The notes under the pieces: generated by a model
What the model was told of the DNA's origin: nothing
The model's input: only the letters and a program-made list of their open reading frames with translations
Databases searched by the model: none
Program-made: the position numbers and the translations under genes
Origin: a virus
Lineage: Duplodnaviria; Heunggongvirae; Uroviricota; Caudoviricetes
Length of the DNA: 58,745 nucleotides
IMG/VR virus record: IMGVR_UViG_2531839662_000025
Direction: 5' to 3' (one strand)
In this document: positions 38,310 to 47,471 of the stretch, in pieces
How the letters are laid out: each line of letters starts with the position of its first letter
Numbering within the stretch: position 1 is the stretch's first letter

Positions 38310-38635
38310 CTCAACAATGGAAAGATTTTTGTGACGTTCCCGCGTGCGCGTATCACCAGCACGCAGAACAGCAGGTTAAAAAACACTTCCAGCCAGCCCG
38401 TTGCTAACGGGCGACCACACAGATAGCTGAGGGGCGCAAAGGCATACAGCAGCATCAGCAGCCAGGCCAGCCATGACATCAGCGGTTTATGTCTGGAATC
38501 ACGGCGACGATAAAAAAAGAGCGTCAGCACGATAACCGTGCATAACGCTACATTCAGCAATCCGGGAATGTTACTTAACATTGCCGCCACCTCCACCCCG
38601 CAGACGGGAGAACAGGCCGGACACCAGTGATGCAA
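38306..38635 (-). CDS. holin-like membrane protein
   Basis: Hydrophobic ORF upstream of endolysin. Confidence 0.45.
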   Translation of the reverse strand: MHHWCPACSPVCGVEVAAMLSNIPGLLNVALCTVIVLTLFFYRRRDSRHKPLMSWLAWLLMLLYAFAPLSYLCGRPLATGWLEVFFNLLFCVLVIRARGNVTKIFPLLR

Positions 38636-38964
38636 TATCCTGCTGGTGGATGAACGAGAGAATCTTCACCGACACCACTGACACCAGTACTGCACACAAT
38701 GCGTCGACAGGTGCACCGTCAAACTCTGTATGCTTTACCAGCCAGGATGCAAGAACCTCTGCGCCCAGTACGCCGATAATGAACGACACCAGAAAATGCG
38801 CCGCCACACGCCAGGCTGAAAGCGCCTGCGGCATCGTTGCCACAAATAACGCCCCGGCGAACGCACCAAACACAATCCCGAAATCCGTTCCGGTAAACAG
38901 CCCGAATACCGTCGCCCCGCCGAGCGCCGCAGCCGTGCCGGAACCGGATAAGGGTTCAGACATA
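38571..38964 (-). CDS. holin-like membrane protein
   Basis: Track ORF 38571-39029; likely start MSEPLSG at 38964; multiple transmembrane stretches. Confidence 0.5.
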
Positions 38965-39052
38965 CTTTTTTCTCCTGTAAATAAAAAAGGGCCACCAGCG
39001 GCCCGTAAAAAACACCCCGTCAAAGGCACCCGCAGATGCCTTTTGTGTGGTG

Positions 39053-39206
39053 CTATTCAGATTTGCGCAGTAAAGGCCGGAGCACGACCAGCGCCATCGC
39101 CACCAGCACACCATCTGCCAGCACCGACATCAGCCGTCCGGTAAAATCCACCACCACAACCAGAAACAGCAGGATGGCAGCCAGAACAAGGCGCGCACCT
39201 TTCACA
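39053..39206 (-). CDS. small membrane peptide (50 aa)
   Basis: Hand-translated ORF, GTG start overlapping the upstream stop (GTGA); hydrophobic VLAAILLFLVVVV core; the track ORF 39057-39317 is in another frame. Confidence 0.3.
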
Positions 39207-39627
39207 GGTACTGCTCCAGTGGTAACTGCAGTGCCTGAGCAATTTTCTTGAGCTGCACTTCTTCATCCGGACCAATACCATCCTGATCAGCAATATCCAG
39301 GCACAGGCACAGCACATTCACCGCGTCGTCTGTACCTGCCACGTCAGCCAGTTCACGCAATGCATGAGCATTCGCGCTACGCGGCGACGCTTCATAACGG
39401 GCGCGAATATTGGCGCTCATTTGTGCAATCTCACCGGAGAACGGCGCAAAGGCAGGGAGTGCTGCAATGGTTTTCTCCAGTACCGCGATTTCTTTCGCAT
39501 CACAGGTGCCGTCGGCGAATGCTATGGAATACGCGCCCCAGACGGTCGCCTCCACTGCGTCGCGGTTCTCCATCTTCTTCACTTCGGTAATGGCCTTGCG
39601 GGTTTTCTTTTTGAAAATACCAAACAT
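39202..39627 (-). CDS. TerB-like domain protein (tentative)
   Basis: 141-aa ORF at the late moron position between tRNAs and lysis genes. Confidence 0.4.
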   Translation of the reverse strand: MFGIFKKKTRKAITEVKKMENRDAVEATVWGAYSIAFADGTCDAKEIAVLEKTIAALPAFAPFSGEIAQMSANIRARYEASPRSANAHALRELADVAGTDDAVNVLCLCLDIADQDGIGPDEEVQLKKIAQALQLPLEQYL

Positions 39628-40270
39628 CGTGACTTTTCCTTTTAGTGGGTGAGCCTCCGCCCGGGGGTGACCAGCCCACAGAGAAAGTCACACTGACCAT
39701 CCCGTAAGCTCACCCCTGAAAGGCTCTGTGGTTTTTGATGTGCGCCGGGCGTGGCGCGAAGAAATGAAATAAAGCTTATCTGAAATTAAGGTTAATACGG
39801 GGATTTAAACCATTTTTAAAGCTTAGTAATATCAACTCGTCTCCTGGAGGAGACCGATGCTTATTCTTCTTCACGGATTTTGTCCCGCGGCTTTAATCCG
39901 ACAACCGCGCTTTTTTTGCGCCATATTCATCACTGACTTACATGGCATTGCCACACGGACATTATCAATGTCCGTGTTTTCTTTTTTCGAATTAAGAATA
40001 AAAAAACCGCCTGGCGCGGCGGTTAAAGATGTATTTCCTGGGTTTGATTGATTTCAACGTGATGCTTACAACATCGGGATGATGCATCACCGGCCCCTGC
40101 CAGAGACATTGCAAATCTCTACCAATAATGCACCATTCCGGTGGCGTAAAAAATGGCACTGGACTGCAATTGGTATCACTCATTACAGAACGGGACGTGG
40201 ATAAAGAGGCCAAAAACCATCCCCACATATATAATGTGTCAGTGCATAACACAATCTCGCCTTACTACTA

Positions 40271-40345
<75 letters not shown>

Positions 40346-40348
40346 ATA

Positions 40349-40424
<76 letters not shown>

Positions 40425-40601
40425 AATGGTTCTTCGGGAGAGCGATATCACCGATGAACAGGAGTTCCCCTCAGAACCGTTGCGCATAATAACGGGCAAA
40501 AAAATTACTTCAACCAAAATAATCCGAAAATAATCCCGGATTTGTAAATATATGCATATGTTTTTATTTTTTCTGAAATAAAGAAATTACCAAATACACA
40601 T

Positions 40602-41648
40602 TTAACGATTATTTTTTATTTCAGTTACAGTCTGATTAAATCTCTCTTCTTCCAGTTCCACGCCAACCGCACGCCTTCCCAGCGATAATGCTGCTTTTAT
40701 TGTTGACCCCGACCCCATAAAAAAATCAGCAACCAAATCACCCGGACGACTGCTGGCCTCAATTATCTGCCGCAACATACCCGCCGGTTTTTCACAGGGA
40801 TGTTTGCCCGGATAAAACTGTACAGGTTTATGCGTCCAGACATCCGTATAAGGAACAGCTGCCGATACGGAAAAATAACGCCGCAGGGATTTGTACTCTT
40901 CCAGCAGGCTGGCATATTGCCGGTTCAGTTCACTGTATGTACTGACCAGCTGATGGTGTGACTTTTCCAGTTCCCCGCGCTGATGTTTTTCTGCCGCAAC
41001 ACGCGCAAACAACGCCTGCAATTTGTTGTAATCACCCTCGTTCGGCAACTGCCACTGACTGGTACCAAACCAGTGTGACGCCATGTTTTTCTTTCCGGTG
41101 GCTTCCGCTATCTGTTTCGATGTTACCCCCAGTGAATCACGCGCATCACGAAAGTAAGAAATCAGCGGGGCCATGACGTGCTGTTTAAGCTCGCGCCCCT
41201 TTGCCGCACAGCCGTCATGTTTGGGCTGATATGGCCCCTGATAATGTTCGGCAAACAGAATGCGCTCTGTTGCCGGGAAATACGCCCGCAGGCTTTCCTT
41301 GTTGCAGCCATTCCAGCGTCCGGACGGCTTCGCCCAGATAATATGGTTCAGCACATTAAAGCGTTCACGCATCATTATTTCGGTATCAGATGCCAGGCGA
41401 TGACCACAGAACAGGTAAAGACTTCCGGCAGGCTTCAGTACACGCCAGAACTGCGCCAGACACTGGTCCAGCCATTTCAGGTAATCATCGTCACCCTTCC
41501 ACTGATTATCCCAGCCCTCGGGCTTCACTTTAAAGTATGGCGGGTCTGTGACTATCAGATCGACAGAGTTTTCCGGTAAGGTCTGGATAAATTCCAGGCA
41601 ATCAGCGTTGATTAACTCACAACTGGATATTTTTACAGTATTAGCCAT
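40602..41648 (-). CDS. DNA methyltransferase (amino-methyltransferase, DPPY motif)
   Basis: 348-aa ORF with DPPY catalytic motif and SAM-binding FMGSGST-like motif; no adjacent restriction gene. Confidence 0.75.
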   Translation of the reverse strand: MANTVKISSCELINADCLEFIQTLPENSVDLIVTDPPYFKVKPEGWDNQWKGDDDYLKWLDQCLAQFWRVLKPAGSLYLFCGHRLASDTEIMMRERFNVLNHIIWAKPSGRWNGCNKESLRAYFPATERILFAEHYQGPYQPKHDGCAAKGRELKQHVMAPLISYFRDARDSLGVTSKQIAEATGKKNMASHWFGTSQWQLPNEGDYNKLQALFARVAAEKHQRGELEKSHHQLVSTYSELNRQYASLLEEYKSLRRYFSVSAAVPYTDVWTHKPVQFYPGKHPCEKPAGMLRQIIEASSRPGDLVADFFMGSGSTIKAALSLGRRAVGVELEEERFNQTVTEIKNNR

Positions 41649-41798
41649 AGATCAATAAGCACTTCTCTGATAGGCTCATACCGCTTTTGCGCAAAGCAGA
41701 TGGGCCTGAGGTTTGCTTGTGACCCCAACGCATGAGCAAATGGCTGGCAGGTGCCGCTAACACCCACCAGCCGCCCATTACCACAAATTAAAAAGCCT

Positions 41799-41996
41799 TC
41801 ACTGCGGAAGGCGTCTGTAACAACCGAACTGATAATCTGCCAGACCCGCCATAACAAGCTGGGTCAGTATTAACTGGCAGCGTTCGCGTGAAAGGTAAGT
41901 ATTCTGCGCAATTTCCCCGACGGTCGCCGGTTCGGTGACGCTTAATTCATTAAACACCACTCTGGCGGTTTCGGTCATATCCTGCTGTTTTAGCAT
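41799..41996 (-). CDS. hypothetical protein
   Basis: 65-aa ORF downstream of the late-promoter terminator. Confidence 0.35.
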   Translation of the reverse strand: MLKQQDMTETARVVFNELSVTEPATVGEIAQNTYLSRERCQLILTQLVMAGLADYQFGCYRRLPQ

Positions 41997-42118
41997 GTCT
42001 TTTTCCTTTTCTGGTTAACGTGACATACCAATAGCTCTTGTCGAAAAAGCCAGCAAGCTGAAAGACCGGTATTCGCAACCATCAGCGCGTTTAACGTCCT
42101 GTACCGTTTTTCAGGCAT

Positions 42119-42146
42119 AAAAAAAACCCGCAAAAAGCGGGCTCTT
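42119..42146 (-). terminator. rho-independent terminator downstream of Q-like gene (tR'-like)
   Basis: GCCCGC/GCGGGT stem followed by U-run on minus strand, ~160 bp after the Q-like stop. Confidence 0.55.
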
Positions 42147-42307
42147 TCAAATGTCCATGTCTGCTATTCGCCTCGCGGTACAGCTTTGCGAAGCGTAGCT
42201 GGATTGAAACAGTTTATGGCTAAAAATACAAGCTTTTTTTTAAAACTGCATAAGCCTTGCCACCAACCAGAAATCCTCTTCGTGCAACAACAAACGCCCT
42301 CCAGACT

Positions 42308-42862
42308 CTAAGCGTCAGTAAAAGAAAATGCATCTCGCATCAGTGGATATAGAATAAACTCAGCTATTCTCAACCACATATCTATACGATTGCGGCATGT
42401 TGCATAGCACCACTCAGGGTGAATCTCATTCAACAATTCAGCCATTTTTCGTTTACTCATCCCCCGCCCTTCGTACCGTTGCCGCAGGATATCAATCAAT
42501 CCAGGATAACTTGCGAGCGCTTTACTTATCACCCCATCAATGCGTAACGCCTCTGCATCAGTACAGTGAGACAGCCAGCTCTTCTGTCTGCCAGCGATCA
42601 TCTCTCGCAAGAATGCTTCCAGTTCAGGTTTATCAATCCCTGATTCTCTGATTTTGCGCATGGCTTCATTGATCGCGGTTTTTGTCAGTTTTTTGGATGT
42701 CAGCAACTGATTGAACATATTTCCTGTTTTGCCACCACCTATATACGACCAACGCCCCCACATACGCAGTTTCCCCTGGAGCCAGACACTTTCCAGCGTT
42801 TTCAGGCGTAAATGCTCACCGCTTTTGCCTGTAATTTCCGGGTATATCATATTTACGCTCAC
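42308..42862 (-). CDS. late antiterminator, Q-like (QuuQ-like)
   Basis: 184-aa ORF between rusA and the late terminator; position matches Qin quuQ. Confidence 0.5.
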   Translation of the reverse strand: MSVNMIYPEITGKSGEHLRLKTLESVWLQGKLRMWGRWSYIGGGKTGNMFNQLLTSKKLTKTAINEAMRKIRESGIDKPELEAFLREMIAGRQKSWLSHCTDAEALRIDGVISKALASYPGLIDILRQRYEGRGMSKRKMAELLNEIHPEWCYATCRNRIDMWLRIAEFILYPLMRDAFSFTDA

Positions 42863-43218
42863 TCACTTTCAATTTTGTAAATCTTCACGCCCAACCGACC
42901 ACCAGGAACGACCTGACCGCGCACAATATTGATTTCATCAAACTGCTCGTCGTCGATAAGCAACCCCGCATGCGTCAACGCATCCAGTGGTGCTTTCAGA
43001 ATATTGTCCAGGTCACGGCGGCGCTTATCCGGTGGCTCTGCAGTAATTTTTATTGCCAGCCTTCCGGACAGGTTTAATCTCAGTCGCTGCTGGCGAACAA
43101 TGAGCGCCACATCACGGCGATAACGCTCACCGGCTTTTGATACAAAATATGTACTGCCACGACGTCGCCAGTAGGTGTTCACCGTCGGCGGGTAAGGCAA
43201 AACAAACTCTATACGCAT
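42859..43218 (-). CDS. rusA: Holliday junction resolvase RusA
   Basis: 119-aa ORF with the conserved DKRRRDLDN motif. Confidence 0.8.
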   Translation of the reverse strand: MRIEFVLPYPPTVNTYWRRRGSTYFVSKAGERYRRDVALIVRQQRLRLNLSGRLAIKITAEPPDKRRRDLDNILKAPLDALTHAGLLIDDEQFDEINIVRGQVVPGGRLGVKIYKIESE

Positions 43219-43230
43219 CAGTAACCTCTT

Positions 43231-44205
43231 TTACCCGAGCACGCCGGTTGCAAAGGCGTGATCAAGAAAACGAAAAATTAAATCAACCTGGGAACCATGC
43301 TTTTCTTCGAACGCCAGCGGATCCGCATGAAGTTCATTGTGATGCTCCCGGCACAGCGGTAACGTGAAAATATCGTGGGCTTTTGTTCCCATTCCACCCT
43401 GACCATGACCAATCAGGTGATGGGGATCGTCGGCTGGCTTACCACAACACGCACACGGCTGTGTCTTCACCCAGCGCGTGTATTTCTCATTCATCCAGCG
43501 GCGACGTTTAGGTCGCCTCATGAAAGATTCAGGAGACTCCGGATCAACGGCAATGCTGACCACCGTCTTTTCCTGTGGCGGGTTTTGCTGGTGGGCGTGA
43601 GGCACCGGCGTAAGATTTTTTGTGCGCTGCTTCAGTATGCTGGTGGCTGTCTGCTCTCCAGGTACGATGTCGCTGTCGCGGTACACTGAGAGGATTTTAT
43701 CCGCACGCAATCCCAGCGAACGACGTAATACTGCCTCCGGTAATGCGTCCGCTACCTGATTGCAGAGCGCCCACCAGGATAATTCAGCCAGCGATAATTC
43801 CCGCTCCTGTGTGCCATTCATTGCGTGACGGATGACGTCAGTCATCCATGCTGACAGGTTTTGATGAGCAAGTTGCCCGAGTGATTCGGAAGTCTGGTCA
43901 CGCAGCTGGTTGTCGCAGTGCCAGCACAACACCATCGCGCCGGTACCGTAACGATGTATGACGGTTTCGCTGTGGTGATAGTCGCCATGAGGCCACTGGC
44001 AGGATTTGACATGACGCAACAGCCAGTCAGAAAGTGCACCAGCGCCGCCAGCAGCACGAATCACCCGTTCGTTACTGAAAAACGGCAGCAATGTTTTGTC
44101 TTCCGCCAGCGGCTGGCGAATGGCAGGAACGACTCCGGACGGCAGACCGCGCATGCTTTTCGGTTCCGGCTCCACCAGCACTCGAGGGTTATGAAATACC
44201 TGCAT
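43231..44205 (-). CDS. DUF968-family phage protein (YdfU-like)
   Basis: Track ORF 43231-44403; likely start MQVFHNPRV at 44205; C-terminal Cys/His cluster. Confidence 0.55.
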   Translation of the reverse strand: MQVFHNPRVLVEPEPKSMRGLPSGVVPAIRQPLAEDKTLLPFFSNERVIRAAGGAGALSDWLLRHVKSCQWPHGDYHHSETVIHRYGTGAMVLCWHCDNQLRDQTSESLGQLAHQNLSAWMTDVIRHAMNGTQERELSLAELSWWALCNQVADALPEAVLRRSLGLRADKILSVYRDSDIVPGEQTATSILKQRTKNLTPVPHAHQQNPPQEKTVVSIAVDPESPESFMRRPKRRRWMNEKYTRWVKTQPCACCGKPADDPHHLIGHGQGGMGTKAHDIFTLPLCREHHNELHADPLAFEEKHGSQVDLIFRFLDHAFATGVLG

Positions 44206-44278
44206 GGATTCACGACCAGGCTTAAGGACCACCAGCCCGAGTTCCGGTACCGGAACAGGTCGAAGCAATACCCGCACG

Positions 44279-44551
44279 TTACCTCCAGATCCGTTGCTGG
44301 AATGTGCGGGACGGACGCGGTGGGCGTTCAGAGTAAGGCAGTCTGACTGAGATGATCCAGTGTCGGAAGTCGAGGCTGAGGTCTTTCTGAAACTCGTAAC
44401 CACGTCTGCGGTAGTTCTGAATCAGCCATTCGGCCTGTTCTTCAGTGCAGGGGTCATGCTGATACCAGTCATATTTGAATGTATGAGAACGCCGCCCGTG
44501 CCTGCTGGCAAGGTCGGTATCAGAATTGTGATGTTTGGTATTGTGCGCCAT
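44279..44551 (-). CDS. hypothetical protein (Rem-like position)
   Basis: Track ORF 44279-44677; likely start MAHNTKHH at 44551. Confidence 0.4.
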   Translation of the reverse strand: MAHNTKHHNSDTDLASRHGRRSHTFKYDWYQHDPCTEEQAEWLIQNYRRRGYEFQKDLSLDFRHWIISVRLPYSERPPRPSRTFQQRIWR

Positions 44552-44620
44552 CGGTTTTCTCTGCTGGCGCAGCAGGTGCCAGTTGTTCAGGCTGGCCTGT
44601 GGATTGTAAACCAGAATACG

Positions 44621-44648
44621 TAAAACAAAAAACCCGCCGAAGCGGGTT
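44621..44648 (-). terminator. rho-independent terminator 3' of hok
   Basis: AACCCGC/GCGGGTT stem with U-run on minus strand. Confidence 0.55.
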
Positions 44649-44717
44649 AAGCGCGGGTGCGTTGAGGATGCCGACACATCAGAGGTGGCGGGAGATTACT
44701 CTCCCGCCTGGTCACTC

Positions 44718-44870
44718 TTACTTCTCAGATTCGTAGTCCACGAAGACAGCAACCTCCGTCTGGCCGGTTCGGATTCGTACCTCACAGAGGTCTTTCCTCG
44801 TTACCAGTGCCGTCACTATGACGGTTAAACAGATGACGATCAGGGCGATTAACATCGCCTTTTGCTGCTT
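44718..44870 (-). CDS. hok: Hok/Gef-family type I toxin
   Basis: 50-aa MKQQKAMLIALIVICLTVIVTALVTRKDLCEVRIRTGQTEVAVF; track ORF extends in frame upstream to 44930. Confidence 0.85.
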   Translation of the reverse strand, partial: KQQKAMLIALIVICLTVIVTALVTRKDLCEVRIRTGQTEVAVFVDYESEK

Positions 44871-45132
44871 CATAGCCTGCTTCTCCTTGCCTTTCGGCAC
44901 GTAAGAGGCTAACCTAGATTTGCCGTTCATAGATTGAGCCTCAGATTAATGTTAAGCGTCTTGCAGGACGCGTAATGTTAACTGGGGCTTTTCTCTATCT
45001 GCCTTTTGGTGTTCATGCCTGAGACAGATAGCCTCAAGCACCCGCAGTCATTCTACTTAACTAAGATTTCCCCGCAAACCGTTTTTGTCCGGCACAGTAA
45101 ATATCCAACTAAACCAATGGCGTTCGCTGTAT

Positions 45133-45351
45133 TTACCGCCAGTATTCAATGCACATGACCGCCATGAACACCCCTAAAAAAAGGGCATTTATATATCCAA
45201 ATATTAATATCAAAACATCAACTTTTTCCATATACCTTGCTGTGAAGATGATGGGCATACATGATACGAACAACCAGAACGCAACAAACAAAAACTGCAA
45301 TGCGTTTTTCATTATTCCTCCTACAATCAATGTGCAATTACATTTAAACAC
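45133..45351 (-). CDS. small membrane protein (moron)
   Basis: 72-aa hydrophobic ORF in an AT-rich segment. Confidence 0.4.
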   Translation of the reverse strand: MFKCNCTLIVGGIMKNALQFLFVAFWLFVSCMPIIFTARYMEKVDVLILIFGYINALFLGVFMAVMCIEYWR

Positions 45352-45964
45352 ACCTCAATTTGGCCGGACATATAAATATCTAAACCAGAAAAAATCACTT
45401 ACATAGCGTTACAAACTCTTTAGTCTAAATATTCATCGTAAAACATTCCCCATACTTATCAGCCCGTTCTGCGCCAGGTAGCTCATTGCCTTATCTGGGA
45501 ATCTGTAATCAGGTTTCCGGATGCTGGTGGATTTTCGCGTTTTAGTTGTTCATAAAAGTGCACAGCTTTAACCAGTTCTTCTGATGTAACCGGGACTGAC
45601 GGGGCAGTGAATAAGGCCTGAATTTCATAGTTCGGCCTGTCGTTACAATCCTCTTTTTTCGGTACATATTTCCAGTCACCAGACCACTACTTCCCCTGAA
45701 AGTCCGTAACGCCTTTTTTTTCACGTAGCGATATCGCCATGCCACTGTTTTTGCTTGCCCCGCCGTTTCATGCCCTTCCTGATAATTAACCTCGCTCATT
45801 CATCGCCCCACTCATCACAATATGCTTCGACCGGAGTTTTTCCTGCTTCATAATCATCACGCCATGCTTCAGCATCAGCAGCACTGCCACCACGTAACTC
45901 TGCATAGTCCATTAACAGTTCATGTCATTCTTCAAAACTGACGTTGTATTTAGTTGAACCAAAA

Positions 45965-46147
45965 TCAGCCATTTTGTTCTTCCTCTTCGTCTTTTATTTC
46001 GTGATATGAGTAACTGCAGTAGTTAAAGAAAATATCTTTTGCTTCGTCATGTATTTCATCAGGCGTCGCATCATCATCCACTTCGAATTCATCCTCGAAA
46101 TCTCCACCGGCTATTCCCGTTTCAATAATTATTTTAAACTTTCGCAT
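45965..46147 (-). CDS. small acidic hypothetical protein
   Basis: 60-aa ORF, highly acidic. Confidence 0.35.
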   Translation of the reverse strand: MRKFKIIIETGIAGGDFEDEFEVDDDATPDEIHDEAKDIFFNYCSYSYHEIKDEEEEQNG

Positions 46148-46240
46148 TTAACTACCGCCCTTTCGGGCGGCCTCCTGATGTTCTGAGGGTGCAGAAATCC
46201 CTCCGGTTAAGGATTAAATTTTTAACAGAGCTAAATTTAA

Positions 46241-46597
46241 TTATTCAGTTCTGGATTTTGTCGCCCTGCGTATCCGCGCTTTCGCGTTACGCTCAATCTG
46301 AATTAACTTTTCTATATTTTTCCGTCTTTCCTGTTCCTCCTGGCGCAATAGCCTTACATCATCTGCCAGTCTGGTTTCTCTTTTCGCCACAGAGAGCATC
46401 CAGTCAAACGACTCCACAACTGCACCGCAGATTTTACAGCGGACCTGACGCTCTTTTTCGTCAACCCGGACAGAGGCGTGATGGCAATATGGTCTTTCCG
46501 ATGGCTCATAAAGAAAATTAACCTGATTACGTGGGTCATCCTCTTTTGCCGGAAATAAAACAATATTACTTAACTCATCTTCTGGTTTTATTTCCAT
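46241..46597 (-). CDS. hypothetical protein with zinc-ribbon-like motif
   Basis: Track ORF 46241-46639; likely start MEIKPEDE at 46597; paired Cys/His motifs. Confidence 0.4.
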   Translation of the reverse strand: MEIKPEDELSNIVLFPAKEDDPRNQVNFLYEPSERPYCHHASVRVDEKERQVRCKICGAVVESFDWMLSVAKRETRLADDVRLLRQEEQERRKNIEKLIQIERNAKARIRRATKSRTE

Positions 46598-46985
46598 ACT
46601 CCTCTCCTTTGATATGAATGCCAGCAATACGTAGTTCATGTTCTAAGTCAGCCAGATAAAGCCAGCAGCCATTTTCTTTAGGTATCATGACGTAGCGCTC
46701 ATCATCATTTATCGGATGTCCATATCGAAGGCCGTAGCGAGTCGGCAAATGAACTTCCCGCGCTTCCAGCTCTTTAATGCGTTCCTCGAGTTCGTAGACT
46801 CTGCATTGTTCTTTATCATCAATCAGATATAACCCAAGACATTCGCTTTCTACCCAGCCACCGAAATCATGATCGTAACGCTCACACGAAAACTCACCAT
46901 CGCTGTCCCTTGTTGGAATGGTGTAACTGTCTAATGGGCCGCCATACGTCGGCACATTGCCCAATTTCGGATGCTCAATCCACAT
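46575..46985 (-). CDS. hypothetical phage protein
   Basis: Track ORF 46575-47105; likely start MWIEHPKLG at 46985. Confidence 0.4.
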   Translation of the reverse strand: MWIEHPKLGNVPTYGGPLDSYTIPTRDSDGEFSCERYDHDFGGWVESECLGLYLIDDKEQCRVYELEERIKELEAREVHLPTRYGLRYGHPINDDERYVMIPKENGCWLYLADLEHELRIAGIHIKGEEYGNKTRR

Positions 46986-47031
46986 GAAAAATGCACGTCC
47001 GGTTATAGGGCAAATATCTGGTCGCCATTGG

Positions 47032-47331
47032 TTATTCACTGTTTGCCTCCTGGAAAATAACTGCATGCCCCAGCTTCTCCGCCAGTGCCAATTCTGCCTT
47101 AGCACCTGCTGACCGCTGCCAGCCTTTCAGCATGTAAATCGCATCCACACAACGAATCATTGCCATGCAAATATCCATGTAGTGTGGCTGTGTCAGCCCG
47201 TCCGGAAGTACTGCCGGGTTTAAGACTGTATGCCCTTCCCGTTTCAGTTCCTCTTCCGCATTGTGGAACGCCTCACGGTTGAAATTTTTATACCCGGTCA
47301 TTGGACCGGCGATATAAACCCTTACCCTCAC
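47032..47331 (-). CDS. DUF4406-like protein
   Basis: 99-aa ORF with YIAGPMTG motif; GTG start overlapping the stop of the upstream IS-disrupted gene. Confidence 0.5.
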   Translation of the reverse strand: MRVRVYIAGPMTGYKNFNREAFHNAEEELKREGHTVLNPAVLPDGLTQPHYMDICMAMIRCVDAIYMLKGWQRSAGAKAELALAEKLGHAVIFQEANSE

Positions 47332-47433
47332 TCCATCACCTCCTGAAAATCTCCCTGATAGAACGCCAGTACACGCTGCATAACCTCACTCTGACGGCAC
47401 TCACGGCAAATTATGTTCTGGTGTCGGTCGTAG

Positions 47434-47441
47434 GGTTGTGC
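47434..47441. repeat. 8-bp target site duplication GGTTGTGC (left)
   Basis: Identical 8-mer at 50147-50154, immediately outside the IS termini. Confidence 0.75.
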
Positions 47442-47471
47442 GTAAGCGGCTCGCCAGAACCGTATTGATAT

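Noticed and set aside
39857-40051. 64-aa plus-strand ORF between the TerB-like gene and the tRNAs
   Set aside because: Overlaps two predicted terminator hairpins and has no start context; the region reads as non-coding spacer.
44718-44930. 70-aa ORF as the true hok product or a mok reading frame
   Set aside because: Hok-family toxins are about 50 aa and start at MKQQKAM; the upstream extension is in the same frame and lacks support as a separate overlapping mok gene.
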